64,000 bases of DNA from IMG/VR virus record IMGVR_UViG_3300010052_000216, positions 9,352-73,351 of that record; one strand, 5' to 3'. Below the pieces are notes generated by a model that saw only the letters and a list, made by a program, of their open reading frames with translations, was not told where the DNA came from and searched no databases. The first letter of the stretch is position 1; every line of letters starts with the position of its first letter. Made by a program: the position numbers and the translations under genes. Source of the stretch: a virus. Lineage: Duplodnaviria; Caudoviricetes. This document shows positions 28,708-38,280 of the stretch, piece by piece.

Positions 28708-29640
28708 TCATTTGAAATTAGACCACATTAACTCAAGGCTTTTAGAAATATTGTCTGGTGTTGGCATAATATGGGCCTTTGAGATTCTTTCTTTCCATAG
28801 TTTCTGTATCAGTGACTTTGCATAAACACATTTGAATTGCAGTCTTCTCAAGCCACCCGGCTGTACCATACTTTCGTCGGTGAGCAAAGGCCAGACTCCA
28901 TTTCGATTCAAGTAGCCCGTGCTATCCAATGTAGAGTATGTAAACAGACCATCTTGAGCGAGTAGGTAGCCATTGAGATTTCGCGTTACTTCGAATGTTC
29001 TGAAGCTTCCATAGTCGAGCTTCTCAATGTTGAGAGCCCAAATATCACAGTATGAGCTTTCTGGCAGGTCTGACTTGTTTACTAAACTTTCCACCGCGAA
29101 GAATGCTGCATGTAAAGGGTTGTATGTCCAATCTAGCAGTCTTGTCGGAATCCCATGATGCTGCGCGAGCCCAACGACTTCATGAAATGGGAAATTAGCT
29201 CGGCCATCTTCGTATCTGTTAAAGTTGCTAAGAAAGAAGTCATTAATACTAGGCATCTTGCCCCCAGGCAATGGAAGTCCTTTTTCATTTAAAATGCGAG
29301 CAAATGACATAACAACGTGGAACTCGAACAAGGTGAGGTCAATGATTTCGCCTACACGTTCGTTGAACTCTGTTTTGTTTAAGTACACACTATGTTTGGC
29401 GTAAAGCATTCGACGCTCTTTTTCGAGCAATTCGCCATTCTGAATGCTTCTAAACACTCTATGTTCCAAGATATGACTTCTTAGAGACGACGGTTTTAAC
29501 TCCCATTCGCTAGAAGCATGACCACGAAAAACCCATGGACATTCCCACCTATCACCATGCGACCAAGTAGGATGTGATCTTCGAAGGAGATTTAGCAGCT
29601 CATCTTCTGAATCTATTATTTCCGGTTGAATGCTTGGCAT
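28708..29640 (-). CDS. FRG domain protein
   Basis: VFRGH...W.LKPS...LAQHHGIPTRLLDWT.NPL.AAFFA. Confidence 0.9.
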   Translation of the reverse strand: MPSIQPEIIDSEDELLNLLRRSHPTWSHGDRWECPWVFRGHASSEWELKPSSLRSHILEHRVFRSIQNGELLEKERRMLYAKHSVYLNKTEFNERVGEIIDLTLFEFHVVMSFARILNEKGLPLPGGKMPSINDFFLSNFNRYEDGRANFPFHEVVGLAQHHGIPTRLLDWTYNPLHAAFFAVESLVNKSDLPESSYCDIWALNIEKLDYGSFRTFEVTRNLNGYLLAQDGLFTYSTLDSTGYLNRNGVWPLLTDESMVQPGGLRRLQFKCVYAKSLIQKLWKERISKAHIMPTPDNISKSLELMWSNFK

Positions 29641-29990
29641 GCGTCATCCTGGAGTTGGCACAAAAAAGAATTGAATCTCGATTGGTTCGTTAGCATCGCG
29701 ACGCGAGCTCTAATGACCAATTTGATCAACGGACGATGATGTTTCTTCAATATCTTCGGATGGCTATTCTATAATCTAAAGCAATACATGCAGAGATTAG
29801 ACCCTTGATCTAATTCAAGGGCATGAAAAAGGCCCCAGCCATTAATCGCTGAGAATCATGCAATTAATTGTTTCTCGTCAGCGATTGTAAGGACCTTACT
29901 GTAGTGGTGCAAACTTGCCCGAGCGGCGACACGGTAATGCTATGCGACTGAAATCGTAGGACGACTCTAGCAGCTACATTCGTATTCAAC

Positions 29991-30920
29991 CTACGTGTTT
30001 AATAATCGATTCAGATCTTGGGCAACATCGCGTAAGAAATTGAGTTCTCGGGCTTCTTCATCTTGAAAGCAACGTGTGACTTCGTAATTGCGAATCCCGG
30101 CCTGTTTCGCCAACCAGCGATTTGTCGGAAACGGCAAGAGTCCCGGCGTTCCCGTCCGTACTTGCGAATCCAAGGCGTGGTCGCGGGCCGCTTGCACATG
30201 CTCCTTCAAAACGTCACGCAGCCGATCGATTTTGCCCGCGAAATCCGCCCGGCGTCGACGTGGGCTCAGCTTTACTCCAATGCTGGCGGGCCGTTGCAAT
30301 AGTAATTCCGCGAACAGACTGGCATCAACGCGTAACGCTCCGGCCTCGAGAGTCGTGAACGCTTCGAGCGCAAGGCAGATGTTGGGCAAACATTGCGACC
30401 ACGCGACGGCGTCAGCTTCGCAGGGCGTGATGACGATAGAAGCTGGCTGCTTTAAAAGCGCATTTTGGGCAGCAACATCTTGGTAACGATCTGGATGTCT
30501 GGCAAACACCACTTCCCAGCGGCGACCATTGATCGTCGGCCGACCAATTCGCCACAACTGATCAGCGAGAAGTTCTGCGGGCTTGAGTGCGGTGATGATC
30601 GGCGTGAAAGCGAGCCGCAGAACAGACGGCACGTCGATCTTCCATCGCCGCAGCAAACGCGGATCGATTTCTGAAGGACCGCATTCGGGACAACAGAGAT
30701 AGGTGTGCGGCGTTCCGCTTGGCGAGAATAACTGCTGACTTTCGGCCAGCTCGTCGCAACCCCGACAACGAGCGCAGGAAGCGGCCTGCGCCGGACGCAG
30801 CAGCTCGGTTTCTAGGAACCGCCAATCGTGCTCAGGAAGCTTGGGACAATTGTCCGCCGCGATGATAGCCGGGGTCTGGTTCAAGCGGCTCAAAATCCAA
30901 GACCATGGGGCGCGAGACAT
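29991..30920 (-). CDS. Hypothetical protein with Cys cluster and probable C-terminal HTH
   Basis: CARCRGC and CCPECG; C-terminal WLAKQAGIRNYEVTRC. Confidence 0.65.
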   Translation of the reverse strand: MSRAPWSWILSRLNQTPAIIAADNCPKLPEHDWRFLETELLRPAQAASCARCRGCDELAESQQLFSPSGTPHTYLCCPECGPSEIDPRLLRRWKIDVPSVLRLAFTPIITALKPAELLADQLWRIGRPTINGRRWEVVFARHPDRYQDVAAQNALLKQPASIVITPCEADAVAWSQCLPNICLALEAFTTLEAGALRVDASLFAELLLQRPASIGVKLSPRRRRADFAGKIDRLRDVLKEHVQAARDHALDSQVRTGTPGLLPFPTNRWLAKQAGIRNYEVTRCFQDEEARELNFLRDVAQDLNRLLNT

Positions 30921-32070
30921 CGATTTGCCAACGTTTTAAGGAATCGCGAATGATGGCGACCCGCTCGGGTCGACGATGGTTGAGCGCGCAACAGTTGGGA
31001 TACGTGATCTCCACTGTCTCAACGCCTGGCTTACGGCCCGGTTTTTCCAGAAACTCAAACCGCAGCGCCGCTTTGGATACATGCACATCCGCGAGCGAAA
31101 TGTTCCGCTTGTTGATCCATTCATCAATGGCGGCGTGAATATCATCGTTGTCGTCGGTAACTTCAATGGTGTTGCGCCGGCCATTCTGGGTACCCATCAG
31201 GCGTAATGACCTGATTTGAACACTGATCTTGTCTTGGGGATTGGTGGTCAGTCGGAACGTCCGATCCTTGAGCAGATCCAGGTCGTAGACGGCATCTGGT
31301 TCCCAGGGCGGGAGCGTGATGCCGAAGACTTCTTGGGCAAAGATCTTTTCCAGGCAGGATTTAATCTTCGGGACCATCTTCGCGGAGAGTTCTAATGATC
31401 CCTCATGCCGGTTGTAGGCGAAGACCATGCTAAAGGTACTCCGTATTTCCACTGGTTGCAGTTCCTGGTGCTCATCATGCGATGTCACTTGCCGCGCGAA
31501 ATCGTCGGGGTAGGCATAGAAATACAAGATGCCTGACGCATCTTCGCAAGCTTCCACCGTGCAAACTCCCCCGCGACCTTGGGCGCGAACAAGATACTCC
31601 GACAACGCACTCCCCAGCCGAGCCAGGAGAATCCGATTGACATCGATCCGCTGCTTCGGCAGATCGTTCCGCTTCCGCCACCAAGTGATGCTCGTGGTGC
31701 GCAAGATACGCAGCGCGTCTTGGAAATATTCCGGATGCTCGAGACGCGTCCAAGCCGAGCGGTAATACAGGCCTTCCGTCGGCATGTTGGCCGCGAAGTC
31801 TGGCACACCTGCCTTGTTAGCCGCTTGCGTGATGGCCTCCATGCCCTTATCGCAAGCCAAGTCAAATATGTCACGCAACTCGTTTTCGATCCGGAGCTGC
31901 GACTCGTGCGGCTGAACATTAATGGCATTCTGGAGTTTTTCCACATCCCGCTCGCGAAGGCCTTTCCAGTTCCAGTGGAACTGGATGTAGCCCTGCTGCC
32001 GAAACAACTGTTCGAGCAAGTGATTGGGAACCATCCGTAAGACCGTCGGAATCGAGAACTGCCGCGCCAT
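30832..32070 (-). CDS. Hypothetical protein (412 aa) divergent from recombinase module
   Basis: Long ORF with GAGG SD; overlaps the next gene. Confidence 0.7.
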   Translation of the reverse strand: MARQFSIPTVLRMVPNHLLEQLFRQQGYIQFHWNWKGLRERDVEKLQNAINVQPHESQLRIENELRDIFDLACDKGMEAITQAANKAGVPDFAANMPTEGLYYRSAWTRLEHPEYFQDALRILRTTSITWWRKRNDLPKQRIDVNRILLARLGSALSEYLVRAQGRGGVCTVEACEDASGILYFYAYPDDFARQVTSHDEHQELQPVEIRSTFSMVFAYNRHEGSLELSAKMVPKIKSCLEKIFAQEVFGITLPPWEPDAVYDLDLLKDRTFRLTTNPQDKISVQIRSLRLMGTQNGRRNTIEVTDDNDDIHAAIDEWINKRNISLADVHVSKAALRFEFLEKPGRKPGVETVEITYPNCCALNHRRPERVAIIRDSLKRWQIDVSRPMVLDFEPLEPDPGYHRGGQLSQAS

Positions 32071-32220
32071 GATTTTACCTCGACATTTGGGGGTGATCGT
32101 TTTCGCTCTAATCTATACAAACGTACACGTAATGCAAGGGTTTTTGCTAGCATATTTTTGGGTTCTCTTAACTTGCTTTGAGCCAATCACTTGCGTTGCG
32201 ACTTTGGAATTCATGCCAAC

Positions 32221-32254
32221 TTTTTTGGACACTCGGACCCTCGACCGGGTAGTT
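32221..32254 (+). promoter_or_regulatory. TTTTTTGGACA-N12-ACCGGGTAGTT motif upstream of recombinase operon
   Basis: Same architecture as 27789-27819 and 5500-5529; ATG at 32262. Confidence 0.55.
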
Positions 32255-32261
32255 AACAAGC

Positions 32262-32546
32262 ATGAAACACGATCACGATGCAGCTGACATTCAATACTCG
32301 CTTGAGCCGTCCGAACTGACGCCCCAGCAGCGGTTTTCTGAAATCGCGGCTATCTTGGCGCGGGGCGTTCTGCGCAGGCGAAAGATCCTGCGTCTTTCGG
32401 AAAACACGGCGAATTTGGCCCTTCCAGAATCTCCTATGGCAGGCCTTGATGTTCCGCTACAAACCGTGCTGACTGGTGATCATGGTTTTGGCAAGTCGCC
32501 AAACAAAACGAGCCGACAAGGTGGTGGAACACCTAGCCGGCTCTAA
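32262..32546 (+). CDS. Small protein upstream of DUF2924
   Basis: QQRFSEIAAILARGVLR; its 3' part recurs at 61870-61940. Confidence 0.55.
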   Translation: MKHDHDAADIQYSLEPSELTPQQRFSEIAAILARGVLRRRKILRLSENTANLALPESPMAGLDVPLQTVLTGDHGFGKSPNKTSRQGGGTPSRL

Positions 32547-32579
32547 CCACAACCAGTCCTTCGGAAGAAAGGGCCAATC

Positions 32580-33107
32580 ATGGCTACGGTCGATTCTAGC
32601 ACTCCGCGCCCAGCGCTCAATGTCGAGAAAGAACTCGCGGCGCTCGAACGGATGACGGTGAACCAGCTCCGGGGCAAATACATGGAGATCTTTGGCGAAC
32701 CGACAAATTCACGCCACAAGCAATGGTTAATCAAGCGTACTATCTGGCGGATGCAAGCGAACGCCGAAGGCGATCTCTCGGAACGGGCGCGGCGGCGAGC
32801 CATGGAACTCGCCAACGACGCCGATCTGCGGATGATGGCTCCCCGCGTCAAGAAACCGAATCCCGAGGCCGTCGAACGAACGATTACCGTCGAGACCACG
32901 ATTCAGCCTTCGACGGATTTGATGCCCGGGATGATGTTGCGCCGCGACTACAAAGGGCGAGCGGTCACCGTGCTGGTATTGGCGGACGGCTTTGAGTTCG
33001 AAGGCGAGCGCTATAAATCTCTGACGGCCATAACGCAAATCGTGACCGGCAAGCATTGGAACGGGTTTCATTTCTTCGGCTTGCGCAAGAAAGCGGGTGC
33101 CCTATGA
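32580..33107 (+). CDS. DUF2924-family protein
   Basis: L.R.YKG....V.VL.DGFEFEGE.YKSLTAI...TG.HWNG..FFGL. Confidence 0.9.
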   Translation: MATVDSSTPRPALNVEKELAALERMTVNQLRGKYMEIFGEPTNSRHKQWLIKRTIWRMQANAEGDLSERARRRAMELANDADLRMMAPRVKKPNPEAVERTITVETTIQPSTDLMPGMMLRRDYKGRAVTVLVLADGFEFEGERYKSLTAITQIVTGKHWNGFHFFGLRKKAGAL

Positions 33108-34606
33108 AATCCCAAAAGAAACCACCCGAGAAGCCGAAGGCGTTTCGTTGCGCGATCTACACCCGCAAAAGCACCGAAGAGGGCCTTGAACAAGAATTTA
33201 ACACTCTCGATGCCCAGCGCTACGCCGGCGAAAACTTTATCCGCAGCCAAGAGGAAGAAGGCTGGGTTTGCCTACCGGAACTGTACGACGACGGCGGGTT
33301 CACCGGCGCAAACATGGATCGCCCGGCGCTGCGACGTCTCTTGGCCGACATCCAAGCGGGCAAGGTCGATTGCGTCGTGGTCTACAAGGTTGATCGCCTA
33401 AGTCGCAGTCTGCTCGACTTCGCCCGGATCATGGAGACCTTCGATCGGCACAAAGTCTCATTTGTCAGTGTTACCCAGGCGTTCAACACCGCTTCGTCGA
33501 TGGGCCGGTTGGTCCTCAACGTCTTGCTGTCCTTCGCTCAGTTCGAACGCGAAATGATCAGCGAACGGACTCGGGATAAGATCGCCGCCACGCGCCGCAA
33601 AGGCAAATGGTCGGGCGGCATGCCGGTGCTGGGCTACGACGTTTTGCAGACCAAACTGGTGGTCAACGAGGCCGAGGCGGCCATGGTAGGCCAGATCTTT
33701 GAACTGTACCTAGAACAACAGTCAGCCTTGGCCGTCGTTAAGGAAATTGATCGTCGAGGGTGGCGAACCAAGCGTTGGACGACGCGGAAGGAGACGGTAC
33801 GTGGCGGCCGACCCTTCAATCGTAACTCGCTCTACGAACTACTGACCAACAACGTTTACATCGGCAAAGTGCGTTATAAGGACGAGGTGCATCCGGGCGA
33901 ACATCAAGCGATCATTGGCGATGAAGTTTTCAACCAAGTCCAAATGCTTTTGCAGCGCAACGGTCGCAACGGGGGCAAGACGGTTCGAAACAAGCATGGA
34001 GCCTTATTGCGGAATCTGCTGTATTGCACCGCGTGCAAGTGCGGCATGAGTCATTCGTACACGACCAAGGGAACCCGACTGTACCGGTATTACGTCTGCA
34101 ATTCAGCACAGAAACGTGGCTGGGAGAGTTGTCCATCGCCGTCGATTCCCGCGGGCGACATCGACCATTTCGTCGTGGAACAAATCAAAGAAATTGGTCG
34201 CGACCCGAATATGTTGAGTGCGGTTCTGAAGCAGGCTCGAGAGAGTTCGGATAAACAGGTCTTGCTCCTGAAAACGGAACTCAGCAACTTGCGAAACAAG
34301 GTTCTGTTGTGCCATATCGGCGAAAATAGAACCGGGGTTGGGCAAACGGAGCAGAGAATTGCAGAGTTGGAGAATGAACTACGGGCTCTAGAATCGCAAG
34401 TCATCAGCGACGATGAGGTCGAAAGCGCACTTAAGGATTTCGACGAGACGTGGAATTGCCTATCATCGCGCGAGCAAAGCCGAATCATCTCGCTACTGGT
34501 CGAACGTGTCGCCTATGACGGGTTAGCAGGAAAACTTTCAATCGCTTTGAGACACACGGGAATCTCGGGTCTGGCTGCTAAAAGTTACGAAAAGGAGTCC
34601 GCATGA
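33104..34606 (+). CDS. Large serine recombinase (resolvase + recombinase + zinc ribbon)
   Basis: AIYTRKS catalytic Ser, DDGGFTG, DRLSR, CTACKC...YYVC; ATGA overlap with DUF2924. Confidence 0.95.
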   Translation: MKSQKKPPEKPKAFRCAIYTRKSTEEGLEQEFNTLDAQRYAGENFIRSQEEEGWVCLPELYDDGGFTGANMDRPALRRLLADIQAGKVDCVVVYKVDRLSRSLLDFARIMETFDRHKVSFVSVTQAFNTASSMGRLVLNVLLSFAQFEREMISERTRDKIAATRRKGKWSGGMPVLGYDVLQTKLVVNEAEAAMVGQIFELYLEQQSALAVVKEIDRRGWRTKRWTTRKETVRGGRPFNRNSLYELLTNNVYIGKVRYKDEVHPGEHQAIIGDEVFNQVQMLLQRNGRNGGKTVRNKHGALLRNLLYCTACKCGMSHSYTTKGTRLYRYYVCNSAQKRGWESCPSPSIPAGDIDHFVVEQIKEIGRDPNMLSAVLKQARESSDKQVLLLKTELSNLRNKVLLCHIGENRTGVGQTEQRIAELENELRALESQVISDDEVESALKDFDETWNCLSSREQSRIISLLVERVAYDGLAGKLSIALRHTGISGLAAKSYEKESA

Positions 34607-34992
34607 TCACGCTTGAAAGATCGATTACATTTTCTAAGGTTCGCTCGACTTCGAAACAGAAGAGTGAAAGGCAAATCAAAGCGGAAAAGGCGCGAGTTCC
34701 GCGTATATCTCGCTTGATGGCACTCGCCATTCGATTCGACCAGTTGATTCGAGATGGCATAGTGACGGATCAAGCGAAACTTGCACAGCTAGGAAAGGTG
34801 ACACGTGCACGGTTGACTCAGATCATGAATTTGCTTTGCCTATCACCGATAATTCAAGAGCAAATCTTACATTTACCTCTAGTCTCAAAGCAACAGAAAG
34901 CTATTACCGAGAAACAATTAAGGCCAATATCATCGATTCCCGACTGGAATCAACAGTTAAAGTCTTGGATAACAATAAACGCTCACAAATAA
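34603..34992 (+). CDS. HTH protein of recombinase module
   Basis: LAQLGKVTRARLTQIMNL; ATGA overlap with the recombinase. Confidence 0.7.
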   Translation: MITLERSITFSKVRSTSKQKSERQIKAEKARVPRISRLMALAIRFDQLIRDGIVTDQAKLAQLGKVTRARLTQIMNLLCLSPIIQEQILHLPLVSKQQKAITEKQLRPISSIPDWNQQLKSWITINAHK

Positions 34993-35051
34993 ATGGTGAA
35001 GATGTATTTGGGAGTCAACCACCTTACGTATTTGCCAAATGCATGCGTTCA

Positions 35052-36095
35052 TTAACTCTTAATCGGCTGCAATGTCTGACCCTCAATTCTCAGTAATTCT
35101 TCTAAGGTGTAATTCGTATCGTAAATGACAGGGCTGTTATTTCTGCTGTATATCTTCAGAACAATTCGTGCGCCATCTCTTAACTGTTCTTCTAGTGGTT
35201 TGGTGTAGATTTCATGACCTGATCTTGAGTGAATCAGCATTTGCTGCGAGAACATGCAGGCCACTGATTTAACTGCTAATTGGCCTGGATGGATGTTTTC
35301 TAGCTCCATAATATCGGCAGAGTATTGGTCAGATAGATCTGGGTAACGAGCCGCATGCCGTACTAAATCTTTCTCAGAGAATGTACCGATATGACAGTGA
35401 GGGGCTACCTCCATCCTGACTACAACATTTTCAGCAGTTGCATTTCCGATATTTGTCAAATGAGCATAGATCCCAATGCTGCTCAACTCTTTCTTGGACC
35501 TTTTGATTTGAAGTTCGAGATCATAAGCCGGACTGAGTTTCGGGTAGAACATAGCCTTTAGAACTTCGTGATGCATGACATAGCAAGAATCAAGACTGCG
35601 AAGGTAGTACGCACCATGAAACATCCCTTGATATGGCTTGTGTTGACCATTAGGAACAAGCACAACGACTATGCCTTTCTTGCCGTCACTATCCATCACA
35701 TAAGGAATTATTTCTATTCCACCCAATTGTGGTCGAATGAAGTCAAACTTTGCTTTTCGAATGTATTCAGCAGTTTCTACGCAGTCTTCCAGTAAGTCCA
35801 ACTTTTGAACAACATCCCTTTTATCTTCTTTTGTCTTATCGTCATTCGCATAAACACCAATAATGAGAACCCCACCTTCGGTATTTGCGAAGGCAGAAAA
35901 AGTTTCGCATAGCGCCTCCCTTAATTGCTTGAACTTCTGCTTCGTAGAAACCCCTGCTTTAACAATTTCGCCTGACTTGAATTCAAGAAATTCATCTTCC
36001 TGCCAACCTTCGTCGATTCTCGACTTCAACCAAGCATCGAGGTCGCCCTCGTTTTCTTGAATTTCTCTGAATAATGTCTCTGCTCTAGAATTCAT
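35052..36095 (-). CDS. Schlafen/AlbA_2 domain protein
   Basis: EDEFLEFKS...SAFANTEGGVLIIGV; GAGG SD before MNSRAE. Confidence 0.85.
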   Translation of the reverse strand: MNSRAETLFREIQENEGDLDAWLKSRIDEGWQEDEFLEFKSGEIVKAGVSTKQKFKQLREALCETFSAFANTEGGVLIIGVYANDDKTKEDKRDVVQKLDLLEDCVETAEYIRKAKFDFIRPQLGGIEIIPYVMDSDGKKGIVVVLVPNGQHKPYQGMFHGAYYLRSLDSCYVMHHEVLKAMFYPKLSPAYDLELQIKRSKKELSSIGIYAHLTNIGNATAENVVVRMEVAPHCHIGTFSEKDLVRHAARYPDLSDQYSADIMELENIHPGQLAVKSVACMFSQQMLIHSRSGHEIYTKPLEEQLRDGARIVLKIYSRNNSPVIYDTNYTLEELLRIEGQTLQPIKS

Positions 36096-36319
36096 CTTGT
36101 CCTCGTGGTGAATTGTGTACACTGCTGGTATGAAAGCCGATGATCTCGAGAAAATGAGTGGGGATGCTCTTCAGACTTTCCTGTTGGCTCATTATTCAAC
36201 TACACGGCTTAGCAGCGAAGCATGCTTTCGCGCGATTCTCTATCGTATCGTAGCCGTGAGGAAGGAGTGGATCCTTGAGAAATTCTCTAGCGACGCGTGG
36301 TTGGCGGTGGCATGGGAGA

Positions 36320-37186
36320 TCAAGAAGTAGTCGTGCCTGAAGGTGTTTCTATCTCAAACTCCTTAATAGGAGTCATTTCTGGGAGTTGGATTCTTTTGAA
36401 AATTGAATGCGATTCAGGCAATCCAATATTTTCAATTATTTTGTAAACCAAAAGCTGACCTGAAACATTGTGATCGTTTTGAGTCGCATTATAAACTTTC
36501 ACTTTGCTGCTACGTCGCTTATTAAGACTAAATTCCGATAGAAGCAACAAATGCTTCGCACAAACAATCATGTCCGGAACCGAGTGCGTTGGAAACAAGA
36601 CCGCAGCGTTCTCACGCAAACGATTCTCAAAAGTTCCCGAAATAGGTTCAACCATTCGCATATCCTTGTCTAAATCAAAAGCATAGATACCGCTAAACAG
36701 GTTTCCTACTCGGTCTAATCGCGAATTGTGAATTAGCAGCTTCGCTATTGCTATATTGACTAATCCTTCTTTTAGGTTCTTTGAAGTTAAACGTTTTTTG
36801 ACTTCGATTATTCCTCTCACCGCATCAGGCAAAACAACCACAAATTCGCCAGAACGCATAATAGGGGCATACTCAGAACTGTCATGAATGATGATGTCAA
36901 TTTGGGGTGACGCTCCAATTAAAGACCCTTTCTTCTTCTTTTTGTAGATCGAAATATCTGTTGTTTCGCCAATAATAAAGCCCGTATCAACACTGAACCT
37001 CGACGGAAGAGAGTTCCTTAGGAATGAACGCACGATATCCTCGCAATAACCACCTTCGGAGGGATGGTGGTGCTTTTTGCCGATCAGTCTCTCGACTTGC
37101 TGGTACAGTTGCAGCATTGACCGAGCTTCATTGCTATGGAACTCTGCAAGATTTATCAGCGGTGCATTCTTTGGAGTTTCAGACAT
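36320..37186 (-). CDS. DUF6602-family putative nuclease
   Basis: H...G...E.IVR.FL...LPSRFSV.TGFI...SPQIDIII.D...IEVK. Confidence 0.75.
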   Translation of the reverse strand: MSETPKNAPLINLAEFHSNEARSMLQLYQQVERLIGKKHHHPSEGGYCEDIVRSFLRNSLPSRFSVDTGFIIGETTDISIYKKKKKGSLIGASPQIDIIIHDSSEYAPIMRSGEFVVVLPDAVRGIIEVKKRLTSKNLKEGLVNIAIAKLLIHNSRLDRVGNLFSGIYAFDLDKDMRMVEPISGTFENRLRENAAVLFPTHSVPDMIVCAKHLLLLSEFSLNKRRSSKVKVYNATQNDHNVSGQLLVYKIIENIGLPESHSIFKRIQLPEMTPIKEFEIETPSGTTTS

Positions 37187-37191
37187 AGTGT

Positions 37192-38280
37192 TTAAGAATG
37201 TGTTGAGTATCGGTTAGTTATAACTGGTGAATCGCCATCAAAAGCGAACCCCACACTATGCTTCGCTCGCGTGACAGCAACGTGTAGTTTATCCTTAGCT
37301 GTTTCTAGATGCTTCAAGTCTCCAGATTCGAGATATTTCTTGATTGGACCTGTTGGAGCGATTAACACATGGTCGAATTGCATGCCTTTTGATGCTCCAT
37401 AATTGATGGCATCTTGCTCAAAGGAAGCGGAGTTTTTGTTGTAACGAAGGACCTGAGGCTGAAATCTACGAATGTAATCAGCAATAACTTCCTTGCCGAC
37501 AATAAATACACCTTGTAGCGTTGGTACTGAGCTTGTAATTGATACCATCGGCTCCATGCCGGGCCACAATCCATTTGCGAAATCACAGATCGCTTGATTG
37601 CAACGATATGTGTGGTTCATAGCATCTGCAACTTGACACAAACCCTTCCTTTCCCATTTCTTGACCAGATCAATGACCTTTACGCCAAGGTACTGTTTAT
37701 TTCTTGGAGAGACGTTTGTTTGATAAATATGCTGCCTAGGGTCGCCGACAAGCGTAACACGGATGCCAGAACTCAGCAGTTGGCAAATGAAGTCCCAGTC
37801 CCATCCTGAAAGGTCTTGGAATTCATCAACATAAATATCGGTATAAATCCGCCGCAACCGCTTGGTGACACTGTTGCCTGATAAGTTCTCGCACTCGAAA
37901 ACGAACTTGGACAACTTGTCTGAGTAAATCCGATTGCCTTCAGCAAAATAAAACGGTTTTGTTTTATATTCAGGTATGCCTCTTGCTGATTTGGTGTTTA
38001 GAAAACACAAACCATCTATCCTGCCCTCAGAATACTTGGAATTCTGGTAGGGCCTAGCACATTCTCGAATCAAAAAACCGAACCATGACATCACGTCAAC
38101 ATTCTTAGGAACACCGGAACAAACTTCACCAAACTTACTGATGATTTCTCGGACATTATTATTTGTGAATGAGATGATCGCTATACGACGTTGCTTGTCA
38201 CGAATGGCATCATTTACCAGCCGTGTGGTTTTTCCAGACCCAGCACAAGCAATAACAACACTATTTTGGCTGAAGGGCAT
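37192..38280 (-). CDS. gajB: Gabija helicase (compact UvrD-like)
   Basis: ACAGSGKT, DEFQD, VGDPRQHIY, SKGMQF, VAVTRA; directly follows an OLD nuclease gene. Confidence 0.8.
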   Translation of the reverse strand: MPFSQNSVVIACAGSGKTTRLVNDAIRDKQRRIAIISFTNNNVREIISKFGEVCSGVPKNVDVMSWFGFLIRECARPYQNSKYSEGRIDGLCFLNTKSARGIPEYKTKPFYFAEGNRIYSDKLSKFVFECENLSGNSVTKRLRRIYTDIYVDEFQDLSGWDWDFICQLLSSGIRVTLVGDPRQHIYQTNVSPRNKQYLGVKVIDLVKKWERKGLCQVADAMNHTYRCNQAICDFANGLWPGMEPMVSITSSVPTLQGVFIVGKEVIADYIRRFQPQVLRYNKNSASFEQDAINYGASKGMQFDHVLIAPTGPIKKYLESGDLKHLETAKDKLHVAVTRAKHSVGFAFDGDSPVITNRYSTHS

